This document shows positions 19,945-28,675 of a stretch of DNA of 64,000 nucleotides, piece after piece (the stretch's first letter is position 1; the number at the start of each line of letters is the position of its first letter). The DNA lies in NCBI GenBank assembly GCA_965221775.1, contig CBDCSU010000004.1:800001-864000 (forward strand), read 5' to 3'. The notes beneath the pieces are model-generated. The model worked only from the letters and a program-made list of their open reading frames with translations. It searched no databases and was not told where the DNA came from. This DNA comes from Candidatus Latescibacterota bacterium (lineage in GTDB: Bacteria; Latescibacterota; UBA2968; UBA8231). The translations under genes and the position numbers were made by a program.

Positions 19945-21716
19945 AGCCCGATCCTCGACGGGAACTGCGGCCGGCCCGCCAGTCCGGGGCGCAGCCGGAA
20001 GAGGGCGCCGGCGCCCGGGCCTTCGGCCTCCCGGTCGGCGCCCCCGGCGGTGGTCACGTAGAGCTCGTCGAAAGCGGTGCCGCCGAAGCCGGCGCTCGAC
20101 ACCTTGCGCGCCGGCAGCTCGATCCGCCGGTCCTCGCCGCCGTCGGGACGGTAGCGGACCAGGCAGCCGCCGTTCCACAAGGCGCACCAGACCCCGCCCT
20201 CGGCGTCGACGGCGAGGCCGTCGGGGGCGCCGTCGCCGCCGGAGACGTCGGCGAAGACGCCGCGGTCGGACAGCTCCCCCGTGGCGCGGTGGTAGGTGAA
20301 CCTCCAGATGATCCCGGCCTTCGAGTCGACGAAGTACATCCGGCGGCCGTCGGGCGAGAATCCCATGCCGTTGAGAAGCCCCACGCCGTCGAGCAGTTCC
20401 GTGAGCGTGCCGTCGCGGTCGAGCCGGTAGAGGCGGCCGCCGGCGGCCGGTCCCGGCAGGGTGCCGCAGAACACGCGCCCCTCGGGATCGGCGATGGCGT
20501 CGTTGAAGCGCGAGTCGCGCTCCACGGGGATCTCGTCGACGACCGGGGACAGGGGCTGGTCCCGGCGCCAGACGGCGATGGCGCCGCGGGCCATGAACAG
20601 CAGCAGCGAGCCGTCGGCCTGCACCGTGAAGCCGCCGATCGGCTCGCCCTCGAAGACCTGCTCGTGCGCCCCCGAGGCGGGATCGAAGCGGTAGAGGCGC
20701 CCCTCGGGGATGTCGACCCAGTAGAGGCGCTGCTCCCGCGGATGCCAGAGGGGCCCCTCGCCGGCGCGGCAGCGGGTGTCGGCCACCCTCTCGGCCACGA
20801 CGGGCGGGGCGGACGCCGGCGCCGGCAGCCGGCGCCTCTCCTCCTCCCAGGCCCGCCAGTACCCCCGCAGCCGGCGGCGCAGCTCCTGCGGCCGCTCGGC
20901 GTAGACGCGCATCCCCAGGACCCGGGCCTCCTCCTGCAGCTCGTGGCGCCGTTGCGAGATCGGCCCCAGCAGCTGCTCCCCCTCCGGCCCGCCCTCCTCG
21001 CGCAGCACCCCGGCGAGGACGGCGAGGTCGTGATCGTCCCCCAGCAGCTCGCCGAGGCGGTCCAGCTCGCCCCGCCAGGCGGACATCGCCGCCGGCCACA
21101 GCGGCTGCAGCAGACGGCTGTGGTACCACAGGTACTTCACGCGCTTGCGCCACTGGTGGAGGCTCTCCACCGACGGGCGCCAGCTCGCCTGGCCGAACTC
21201 GCGGCGGCCGCGGCGGTAGACGGCCAGCAGCCCGCCCCCCAGACCGCTCCAGCCGGCGCCCCGCAGGGGCCAGTCGTCGACGCGCCCGCGGGCCTGGCGC
21301 AGGACCTCGGCGCAGGCGCCGAGGACGGGCCCGCGCTCGCCGGCCCCGTAGGCCCGCCCCCGGCGCGCCGCCAGCCGCTCGCGGAGGGGAGCGAAGCCGC
21401 CGGCGCCGCCGTTGACGCCGCCCGCCACCCGGTCGAGGGTGGCCGCGAGCACGGTGGCGTCGCGCAGGCCGGCCAGCCGGCGGGCGGTGTCGCGGTAGGT
21501 CTCGTTCTCGCGCCGGTAGACCTCGGGGCCGAGGTCGGGGCGCACGAGACGCACGAGGCCGCGCATGCACTTCATCGACTTGCGCGCCGAGTGCACGTCG
21601 CCGTCGCGGTCGTCGGTGCCTTCGGTGAGACGGTGGATGGACTGGTCGAGCTGCTCGCGGGCGATCCGCCGCACCCCGTCGGGGACGGATTCAGCCGGAT
21701 CGAGACGGAAGGCCAT
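19941..21716 (-). CDS. CHAD domain + SMP-30/gluconolactonase (SGL) fusion protein
   Basis: CHAD motifs VHSARKSMK.MR, LRDA, LHQWRKRVKYLWY, LGDDHD; SGL motifs GEGPLW, RFND, NGMGFSPD, PDG; one continuous ORF. Confidence 0.88.
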   Translation of the reverse strand: MAFRLDPAESVPDGVRRIAREQLDQSIHRLTEGTDDRDGDVHSARKSMKCMRGLVRLVRPDLGPEVYRRENETYRDTARRLAGLRDATVLAATLDRVAGGVNGGAGGFAPLRERLAARRGRAYGAGERGPVLGACAEVLRQARGRVDDWPLRGAGWSGLGGGLLAVYRRGRREFGQASWRPSVESLHQWRKRVKYLWYHSRLLQPLWPAAMSAWRGELDRLGELLGDDHDLAVLAGVLREEGGPEGEQLLGPISQRRHELQEEARVLGMRVYAERPQELRRRLRGYWRAWEEERRRLPAPASAPPVVAERVADTRCRAGEGPLWHPREQRLYWVDIPEGRLYRFDPASGAHEQVFEGEPIGGFTVQADGSLLLFMARGAIAVWRRDQPLSPVVDEIPVERDSRFNDAIADPEGRVFCGTLPGPAAGGRLYRLDRDGTLTELLDGVGLLNGMGFSPDGRRMYFVDSKAGIIWRFTYHRATGELSDRGVFADVSGGDGAPDGLAVDAEGGVWCALWNGGCLVRYRPDGGEDRRIELPARKVSSAGFGGTAFDELYVTTAGGADREAEGPGAGALFRLRPGLAGRPQFPSRIGL

Positions 21717-21825
21717 GGCGTTGTCGAAGGTACCGGGGCCCTCTCGGGATGTCCAGATTCGACCGGCCTGTGCGTGGAGGGCCCGGCGGGATGGAACGGG
21801 GTCCCCCAGGGTCGCCGCTCTGGAT

Positions 21826-23745
21826 CTAGTAGACGAGGGAGACGACCCGTTCCCTGGACCTGATCCCGAGGTCCGACTCGACCTCGATCCGCAGGATGTA
21901 GATCCCCGGACCGAGGAGGCGTCCCCCGGCATCGCGGCCGTCCCACTCGGCGCGGAACCGGCCGCTGCCGGCCGGCCCGCGGAAGACCTCCTCCAAGGGC
22001 GAGCCCCGCAGATCGTAGAGGACGACGGCCACCTCGGCGTCACCCTCCACGTTCACCAGCTCGTACTCGAGACTCACCCGGTCGTTGATGCCGTCTCCAT
22101 TGGGGCTGAAGACCGGCGGCTCGACGGTGAGGGCATTGACCGTCCGCCGGCCCACCTCCTCCAGGCCGACGCTCAGGGTGTTGCTGTCGACGATCGGGTC
22201 CGCCTCGCCGGGGGAGACCACCTGCGTCACCTCCCAGGGCCGCTGGCTGTCCATGATCCGGCCGGAGAAGACGGTGCCGAAGCGGAAGATCCGCGAGCGG
22301 AAGTCGATCTCGATGAGCTCGCCGTCGCGGCTCTCGTCGACCCGGGGGACGGCGATCTCGAAGCCCGCCTCGTCGAGGCGAAGGACCTCGTAGGCCACGG
22401 GCTGGCCGTTGAAGCGCACGCCGTCGATGCCGGCCACGGTGGTGGGCGTGTCGATGAGGATGCGGTCGAACCCGTAGTTCCCGGAGCGCATGACAGGCGT
22501 CATCAGGTAGGTGAAGGGCGTCACCTCGTCGACGGAGGCCATGGTCGGGGTGATCTCCCCGAAGACCACGGTGGCCGCCGGCGGCTGGGAGACCGCGAAC
22601 TGCAGGTACTGGAGGCGGGAGCCGGCGTCGACGGTGGAGTGGAAATCGGCGCGCACCTGGAGAAACTGGCGGGGCCGTGTGGCCCGGAAAGGCACGGCCC
22701 CTTCGGAGTGGTCGATGGGCGTGCTCCAACCGTCCCAGCTCTCGGTGTCCGGCGTGGTCCCGGCCTGTTCCCGCCTGTCCAGGCTCTCGTATCCGTCCTT
22801 TGTCAGGGGCTGGCCTTGCTCGTCCAACCGGCTGGTGGACCCACTGCCGCGGAAGGTGTAACGCCAGTAGAGGTTGGGACCCGGATCGTCCCCGGCCCGC
22901 ATGCGCAACTTCAGATCGGCTCCGGGGTCGACCTCGGCGGACCAACTGAGGTCCCCCAGGGCGGAGGGGCCCCCGAGGTCGATGACCTGGCTCACGTAGG
23001 CCGCCTCGGGCGTGTAGCCCCGGCCGTAGACCTCGATCTCGGCCATTTCCCAGATGCCCTGCGTGTTCTCGGCCAGCGAGACGAGCAGCTCCTTCACCGG
23101 GTACTCGGGCAGGGCGGTCAGCTCGATGCGCCCCCGGGAGTTCTCGCCGTCCTCGTAGACGGCCTCGAACTCCCAGTTGCGGGCGCGGATGACCGGGCCG
23201 CCCCTTCGGCTGCGTTCGGCGTCGTTGAATCCGATGCGGAACCACTGCACGAAGCGGCTCGACAGGTATCGCTCGCGCGGATACATCAGGATCCGCGAGA
23301 TGGTGAAGGTGCCCGGGAACACGAAGATGAGTTCCTTGAAGCGGTAGTGGTGGGCTCCGCCCCAGTGGCCGTCCCCGAGACTCACGGTCTCGGGATCGCC
23401 GTCCCAGAGGACGGCGTCTGGTTTGAACCCGGCCACGAAGCCGTGCGAGGCGGAGCTGTAGATGCTTCCGCCGATCTCCTCGAAGATGGGGGCCAGGTTT
23501 ACCGCCGGGTCCAGCTTGTCCGGCTCCAGGGCGTCGGGCTCGAGCCCGTGCAGCAGATCGATGGCGCCGTGATCGCTGTCCACGGCGGCCTGCCAGTCCA
23601 GTTGCACGAAGTCGGCCCCCTCGGGCAGCTCCGGCGGTGGCAGAGTCGAGCCCCCGATGCGGTAGATGGTCAGCCCCTGGGCGGCGGTGCCCAGGCCCAG
23701 CAGCAGGATCAGGGCCTGCGCGATGGTACGTCTCGTCCTGGTCAT
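21826..23745 (-). CDS. Secreted protein with C-terminal FlgD-Ig domain
   Basis: Signal peptide; C-terminal FSPNGDGIND...YDLRG...WDGRDAGG..LGPGIYI. Confidence 0.85.
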   Translation of the reverse strand: MTRTRRTIAQALILLLGLGTAAQGLTIYRIGGSTLPPPELPEGADFVQLDWQAAVDSDHGAIDLLHGLEPDALEPDKLDPAVNLAPIFEEIGGSIYSSASHGFVAGFKPDAVLWDGDPETVSLGDGHWGGAHHYRFKELIFVFPGTFTISRILMYPRERYLSSRFVQWFRIGFNDAERSRRGGPVIRARNWEFEAVYEDGENSRGRIELTALPEYPVKELLVSLAENTQGIWEMAEIEVYGRGYTPEAAYVSQVIDLGGPSALGDLSWSAEVDPGADLKLRMRAGDDPGPNLYWRYTFRGSGSTSRLDEQGQPLTKDGYESLDRREQAGTTPDTESWDGWSTPIDHSEGAVPFRATRPRQFLQVRADFHSTVDAGSRLQYLQFAVSQPPAATVVFGEITPTMASVDEVTPFTYLMTPVMRSGNYGFDRILIDTPTTVAGIDGVRFNGQPVAYEVLRLDEAGFEIAVPRVDESRDGELIEIDFRSRIFRFGTVFSGRIMDSQRPWEVTQVVSPGEADPIVDSNTLSVGLEEVGRRTVNALTVEPPVFSPNGDGINDRVSLEYELVNVEGDAEVAVVLYDLRGSPLEEVFRGPAGSGRFRAEWDGRDAGGRLLGPGIYILRIEVESDLGIRSRERVVSLVY

Positions 23746-23748
23746 GAT

Positions 23749-23965
23749 CCCCGTCCTGGCCGTGAAGTAAGCGTGGCGGGTTCGATTTCGCTCCCCCCCA
23801 CGCAGGAGGCCTTTCCGGTGAAGAGAATATCGGCCCCGCAGAGCCGCAGGAACAGGGCGCGACGCCAGCGCAAGGTGAAGGCGCGCCACCCGAAAGCGGG
23901 ACACGGGCCGCCTCAGGCGCGGCCCCTGTTCACCGCCGGGCCGGTGCACTACGAGATCGGCGCCG
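23749..23965 (+). mobile_element. Truncated IS1380-like element (left end plus transposase N-terminus)
   Basis: AGGAGG RBS, GTG at 23818, VKRISAPQSRRNRARRQRKVKARH...RPLFTAGPVHYEIGA resembles IS1380 transposase N-termini from memory; similarity stops abruptly. Confidence 0.55.
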
Positions 23966-24097
23966 CTTGCAGCGCCGCTCGAAGGAGGAGACGCGGAGCG
24001 AGCTGCGGCGCGACCGGGAGCGGTATCAGCCGCGCGAGAAAGGGCGCCCGGTCAAGGAGCGCGAATTTGCGGACCCTGCGACACGCTCATTCCAGGC

Positions 24098-25414
24098 CTA
24101 GTCGCGCGGGATCAGTTCCAGCAGGCGCCCGTCGCCGTCGGAGAGGGTCATCTTCAACTCGCCGTCCGTCAGGTCCAGCGGCCGCGTGGCCCCGTCGGCC
24201 CGCGACCGGTCGACCTCGGCCACGGCGACGCCCTCGGCGAAGGTCAGGGTCAGCTCCGCGGCCTTCATGGGATCGCGGTTCACCACCATCAGGAAGCGGC
24301 GGTCGTCGGGCCCGTCGAAGAAGCCGAGCACCGCCGGCGCGCCGAGGCAGCTGGCGAGTCCCCCGTGGCCTTGGTGGATCCACGTCGTGCCCCGCGGCTG
24401 CGGGGAGGTGTGGAAGACCGCGGTCGAGGTCAGGGAGAGGAGGAGACGGCCCATGTTCTGGATCTCCCGGTTGATCCGCTTCGCCGTCTCGTACCAGGGG
24501 CCGCGGCGGCCCTTGCCGTCGATGAGGCCGTTCTCGCCCTCGGCGGGTCCGTAGGTGAAGTATTGCAGCCCCCGGGCGCCGTAGGCCAGGCAGCTGTAGA
24601 GCTGGAAGCGCAGGTGCCCCTCGGTCGGCGTCGGGTAGGAGAACACGGGCGTGCTCAGGGTGAAGGCCCAGAACGGCACGCCGTGCTTCAGGGCCGCGGC
24701 GCGGATGATCTCCAGGTTCTCGTAGTACTCGGGCCGCACGCGGATGGCGTAGTCGGCCTCGCGGAAGCGGTAGCCCTCGATGGAGTAGTGGTCGTACATG
24801 AGGACCTCGGGCCGGAAGACCTCCATGTAGCGATCGACATACTCCTGGTAGTCGCGGGTGCCGATGTAGTTCTCGCGCTCGTTCACCGGCGCGTAGTTGG
24901 GGAAGAGGTTGACGTAGGCCCAGTGGCCGGGGTCCATGCGGGCCAGCAGCCGGCGGCTGTGGGCCAGGGCCGGGAAGCTGACGGCGTGGGGCTCGTCCTT
25001 GAGGACGTAGGCGGCGAAGGCGGGCTCGGCCGAGTAGCGAGCCGTGCGCTCCTTCAGACTCTCCACCAGCTCCTCGGCCTTCTCCTCCCTCTCCCCCCAC
25101 TCCCAGTTCACCAGCCCGCCCAGCAGCAGACCGATGCCGTACCTCTCGCCGAGGTCGAGGGTGCGCCGGTACTCCTCGGTCGTCCCGTGGAAGGAGGGCA
25201 GGCACAGGTTGAACCCGGCCTCGGCGACGTCGCTCCAGACCTCGTCGGTGAGCAGCCCTCGGCCGGGGCCGTACCAGGCAACGAGGGGGAAGGGCCGGTC
25301 CTCGGGCGCCTGCCACTTCCACCCCGGGACGGCGGGCTCGGCGGAGGCGGTGGCGGCGAGCAGCGCCGTCACGACAGCGGCCAGGATTCCCGGCGTGATG
25401 AACAGGCCCGCCAC
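24098..25414 (-). CDS. Secreted glycoside hydrolase-like TIM-barrel protein
   Basis: Signal-like N-terminus; AEAGFN, VLKDEP, YVNLFP, MYDHY, LAYGARGLQYFTY pattern. Confidence 0.7.
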   Translation of the reverse strand: MAGLFITPGILAAVVTALLAATASAEPAVPGWKWQAPEDRPFPLVAWYGPGRGLLTDEVWSDVAEAGFNLCLPSFHGTTEEYRRTLDLGERYGIGLLLGGLVNWEWGEREEKAEELVESLKERTARYSAEPAFAAYVLKDEPHAVSFPALAHSRRLLARMDPGHWAYVNLFPNYAPVNERENYIGTRDYQEYVDRYMEVFRPEVLMYDHYSIEGYRFREADYAIRVRPEYYENLEIIRAAALKHGVPFWAFTLSTPVFSYPTPTEGHLRFQLYSCLAYGARGLQYFTYGPAEGENGLIDGKGRRGPWYETAKRINREIQNMGRLLLSLTSTAVFHTSPQPRGTTWIHQGHGGLASCLGAPAVLGFFDGPDDRRFLMVVNRDPMKAAELTLTFAEGVAVAEVDRSRADGATRPLDLTDGELKMTLSDGDGRLLELIPRD

Positions 25415-25422
25415 ACCGGCAC

Positions 25423-26559
25423 TCAGCGGCTCGGACCCGCGGCCTCGGCGGCCCAGGTCTGCGTCACCTCGCCGCCGTCGACCACGGCGTAGAAGCGCGC
25501 CAGGTTGGCCACCGGACAGGAGTGGTTGGGGACGATGCGCAGGCGGCTGCCCAGGGGCAGGTAGGAGGAGCCCCGGGGCACGAAGCCGTGCTCCTCCGAG
25601 AGCTTGGCCACGGTGAGGGGGCGGCTGCGGCCGGGGAAGTCGGCGGGGGTGAAGGCGGTGCCATAGCCGGGGGCCCCCTGCAGGCCGTGGGCGCCCTGGT
25701 CGGAGGTCAGGCTCTTGGAGCCGGCGTCGGTGATGAAGTACTCGTCGTTGCGGCTGATGATCGTGGCCAGGACGGTGAGGGCCACCTGCCGCGCCTCGAT
25801 CAGCCCCAGGCGCAGGGGTGTGTGGTCCATGAAGACGTAGTTGCCGGGCCGGATCTCGGTGAGGCCGGAGAACTCCTCCGAAGCCAGCACCGTGGGGGTG
25901 GAGCCCACGGAAAGCTCGGGGACGGGCAGCCCCTGCTGCGCGAGCCGGTCGCGCACGGCCAGAAGGATGCGGCGCTCCTCGGCGGCGATGGCCCCCACTT
26001 CGGCGGCGTCGGCGGCGCCGTAGGACTGCCCGGCGTGGGACAGCAGGCCGCACCAACGCAGGTCCGGGGTGGCGTGGATGCGGCCGGCCAGCTCGGCGAC
26101 GGCGGGATCGTCCTCCCCCAGGCCGCAGCGGTGCAGACCGACATCGATCTTGATGAAGACCCCGGGTCCGGCGCCGTGCTCGCGGGCCCGGGCGGCGAGC
26201 AGGTCCAGCCCCTCGCGGCTGTCGACGATGAGGCGCAGGTCCACGCCGAGGCCGCGGCCCTCCACCAGCAGGCGGTCCAGCTTGGCGGGCGTCATCAGCG
26301 GTTGCGCCAGGGTCACCGAGGCGAAGCCGCCCCGGGCGAAGACCAGGGCCTCGTCGACCCGCGCCGCGGTGACGCCGCAGGCCCCCGCCGCCATCTGCAA
26401 TCGGCCGATCTCCAGGGATTTGTGGGTCTTGATGTGGGGCCGCAGGCGCAGCCCGTGGCGCCGGGCCTTCTCCTGCACGGCGTCGATATTGGCCTGCAGG
26501 ACGGCCCGGTCGAGAAGGACGGCCGGGGTCTCGAGGTCGGCGAAGGGGGGTTGAGTCAT
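25423..26559 (-). CDS. Fold-type III PLP enzyme (D-threonine aldolase / D-serine dehydratase DSD1 family)
   Basis: LRPHIKTHK PLP lysine, HRCG, GSTPT, RPGNYVF, DAGSK, SEEHG, PNHSC. Confidence 0.92.
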   Translation of the reverse strand: MTQPPFADLETPAVLLDRAVLQANIDAVQEKARRHGLRLRPHIKTHKSLEIGRLQMAAGACGVTAARVDEALVFARGGFASVTLAQPLMTPAKLDRLLVEGRGLGVDLRLIVDSREGLDLLAARAREHGAGPGVFIKIDVGLHRCGLGEDDPAVAELAGRIHATPDLRWCGLLSHAGQSYGAADAAEVGAIAAEERRILLAVRDRLAQQGLPVPELSVGSTPTVLASEEFSGLTEIRPGNYVFMDHTPLRLGLIEARQVALTVLATIISRNDEYFITDAGSKSLTSDQGAHGLQGAPGYGTAFTPADFPGRSRPLTVAKLSEEHGFVPRGSSYLPLGSRLRIVPNHSCPVANLARFYAVVDGGEVTQTWAAEAAGPSR

Positions 26560-26776
26560 GGGCTCTCGGAGGAATGGCGGCGGGCGTCGAAGGTATCCCG
26601 GCGTTTTTCGGATGTCCAGCGGGGAGCCCGGCACCGTCTGCGTTCGGCGGGCGCCGCCGGAGCGCTGCCGTCAGGGCTCCCCTGGTGCCCTCGGACGCCC
26701 GGCCTCCTCCCCGGTAGCGGCGACGGTTCCGTCTGGCCGTCCCCGCCCACCCCGGGGCTTGAGAGGGTTTTTCCCT

Positions 26777-26805
26777 TTGACAGCCACCCGCCCCGGTGCC
26801 ACGAT
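26777..26805 (+). promoter_or_regulatory. Candidate sigma70 promoter
   Basis: TTGACA-N17-CACGAT upstream of ATG 26884. Confidence 0.4.
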
Positions 26806-26883
26806 CTCCGTCCGACGAGAGAGCAGGCGGAGATCCTGCCGCCCTGCCCGTCCCGCCTCCCCCCCGTCCCGGAGGACACCCGC

Positions 26884-28272
26884 ATGACACCGTGGATCTT
26901 CGTGCACAACCCCCTCGAGCGCTGGCTCGACGACTACCCGCGCATCTTCGACGCCTGGGAGGAGGGCGGCGTGCGCGGCATCGTCGTCGGCCGCCTGTGG
27001 TTCGTCCAGGAGGACGGTGACGGCATGCCCCTGTGGGGGGATACGCTCACGCCCGCCTTCCCCGCCGACCCGAAGGGCTACGCCTCGCTGGGGATCAACC
27101 CGCCGCCGGAGACGCCGCGGAACCTCCCGAAGGAGAAGAAGCTCCACGCCCTCCTCGACGATGCCGCCGGCCGCGGCTGGAAGATCCTGATCTTCGACTC
27201 CCGCGACGGTCTGCGGCTGCTCTACCAGCGCGGGCAGGGCATCGTCTCGGGCCTGCCCCCGGAGCGGGATCCGGTGGGGGCGGTGGAGATCGCCGCCGGC
27301 GCGCAGGACATCATGGGCGCCTTCCCCCAGGCCCACGGCGTCGTCCTCGACCAGCCCGGCGAGCACGACTACGAGCTGGAGCTGCACCGCGGCACCGAGC
27401 TGTTCAAGCTGCACGGCCTGCAGCGCCACCGCTTCGAGATGCAGGGGGCGGACGTGCCCCGCATCGAGCGCGCCATCTCGCGGCTGCGGCGGCGCTTCCA
27501 CCAGTTGACGCCGGACCTCGTGCGCTACCACGCCCCGGGGGGCCTGCTCGGCGCCCTGGAGCTGTTCGACCTGGAGGAGGACGGCCTCTACTGGCTGCGG
27601 GTGCGGCGCCAGACCGCCCTCGACTTCATGGCCGCCGTGCGCGCCCGGATCGACGAGCTGGACTGCGCGCTGGAGCTGGGCGGCATCCCGAGGACGGCCG
27701 CCTTCTCGGGGCTCACCGGCCAGGACTTCGGCCAGATGGCGCGTCACTTCGACCTCGTCTTCCCCAAGCACTACTTCTGGCACCGGGGCAACGACGGCCT
27801 CTACGGGACCATGGCCCGCTGGGTGCAGCAGGTCGGCGCCTGGAACCCTGCCCTGACCGAGCCCGACTGCTTCGCGGTGGTCAAGGCATGGCTGGGGCTG
27901 GAGCTTCCGGGAGTGGAAACGCTGGCGGATATGGAACTGGGGTTTCCGGAGGAGTTCTTCGAGAGGCTGGTATACGACGAGACCCGGCGGGCCCTGGAAG
28001 CCGTGGGCGAAGAGAAGGCGATCCCCTGGGTCTCCACCGGGCGGCACCCCCACGGCGGCGAGGCGATGCCCGCCCGGGACCTGCACGGCATCCTCACCGC
28101 TTCCCGGCGGGCCGGGGCCCGGCGCTTCCTCTTTCAGCCGGACCCCGACCTCGGGGCCTCGGAGTGGAGCGTCATCTCCGGTCTGTGCGGCGCCCGGTGG
28201 CGCCAGAGCCCGGAAGGCTACTGGCCTGCCGATTCCACCCGGCCCGACTCCTTTGGGGCGGAGTCCCCGTGA
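26884..28272 (+). CDS. Conserved-looking hypothetical protein (possible TIM-barrel hydrolase)
   Basis: GGAGG RBS, typical codon bias, motif FPKHYFWHRGNDGLYGT; no signal peptide. Confidence 0.75.
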   Translation: MTPWIFVHNPLERWLDDYPRIFDAWEEGGVRGIVVGRLWFVQEDGDGMPLWGDTLTPAFPADPKGYASLGINPPPETPRNLPKEKKLHALLDDAAGRGWKILIFDSRDGLRLLYQRGQGIVSGLPPERDPVGAVEIAAGAQDIMGAFPQAHGVVLDQPGEHDYELELHRGTELFKLHGLQRHRFEMQGADVPRIERAISRLRRRFHQLTPDLVRYHAPGGLLGALELFDLEEDGLYWLRVRRQTALDFMAAVRARIDELDCALELGGIPRTAAFSGLTGQDFGQMARHFDLVFPKHYFWHRGNDGLYGTMARWVQQVGAWNPALTEPDCFAVVKAWLGLELPGVETLADMELGFPEEFFERLVYDETRRALEAVGEEKAIPWVSTGRHPHGGEAMPARDLHGILTASRRAGARRFLFQPDPDLGASEWSVISGLCGARWRQSPEGYWPADSTRPDSFGAESP

Positions 28273-28273
28273 A

Positions 28274-28594
28274 TCAGCCGCCGGGGGTGCGGTACGACAC
28301 GCTCTTGCTCACCGCCTCGTCCACGGTCTCCGGCGTCACCAGGACCGTCACCTCCACGTCGAGGGCCCCGGCGGCGGCGACCCGGAGGGAGACGGCGGTG
28401 GCCGCGGCGTCGTCGGGAAGCTCGGTGATCAGGTAGAGGTCGCAGGGCCCGAAGGCGTAGTAGAAGCCTTCGAGGGTGCCGCCCATCCCCTCGATCGTCT
28501 GCCTCAGGGCCTCGCGGCGGCCCGTGCCTCCTTCTCTCAGCAGGCCCTCGAGGCCTGCCTTCGTGTAGCTGGTGCGGAACATGTACTTGGCCAT
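28274..28594 (-). CDS. GYD domain protein
   Basis: MAKYMF..SYT..G..GL..EG...GG.LE.FYYAFGPCD pattern. Confidence 0.88.
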   Translation of the reverse strand: MAKYMFRTSYTKAGLEGLLREGGTGRREALRQTIEGMGGTLEGFYYAFGPCDLYLITELPDDAAATAVSLRVAAAGALDVEVTVLVTPETVDEAVSKSVSYRTPGG

Positions 28595-28675
28595 GGCTCT
28601 GCCCTCCTTCAGGGGTGGTTCCTCGCGGCCAGGTGCCTCGGCGTAGCGACGGTCCGACCGGAGGCTCTCGGAAGT

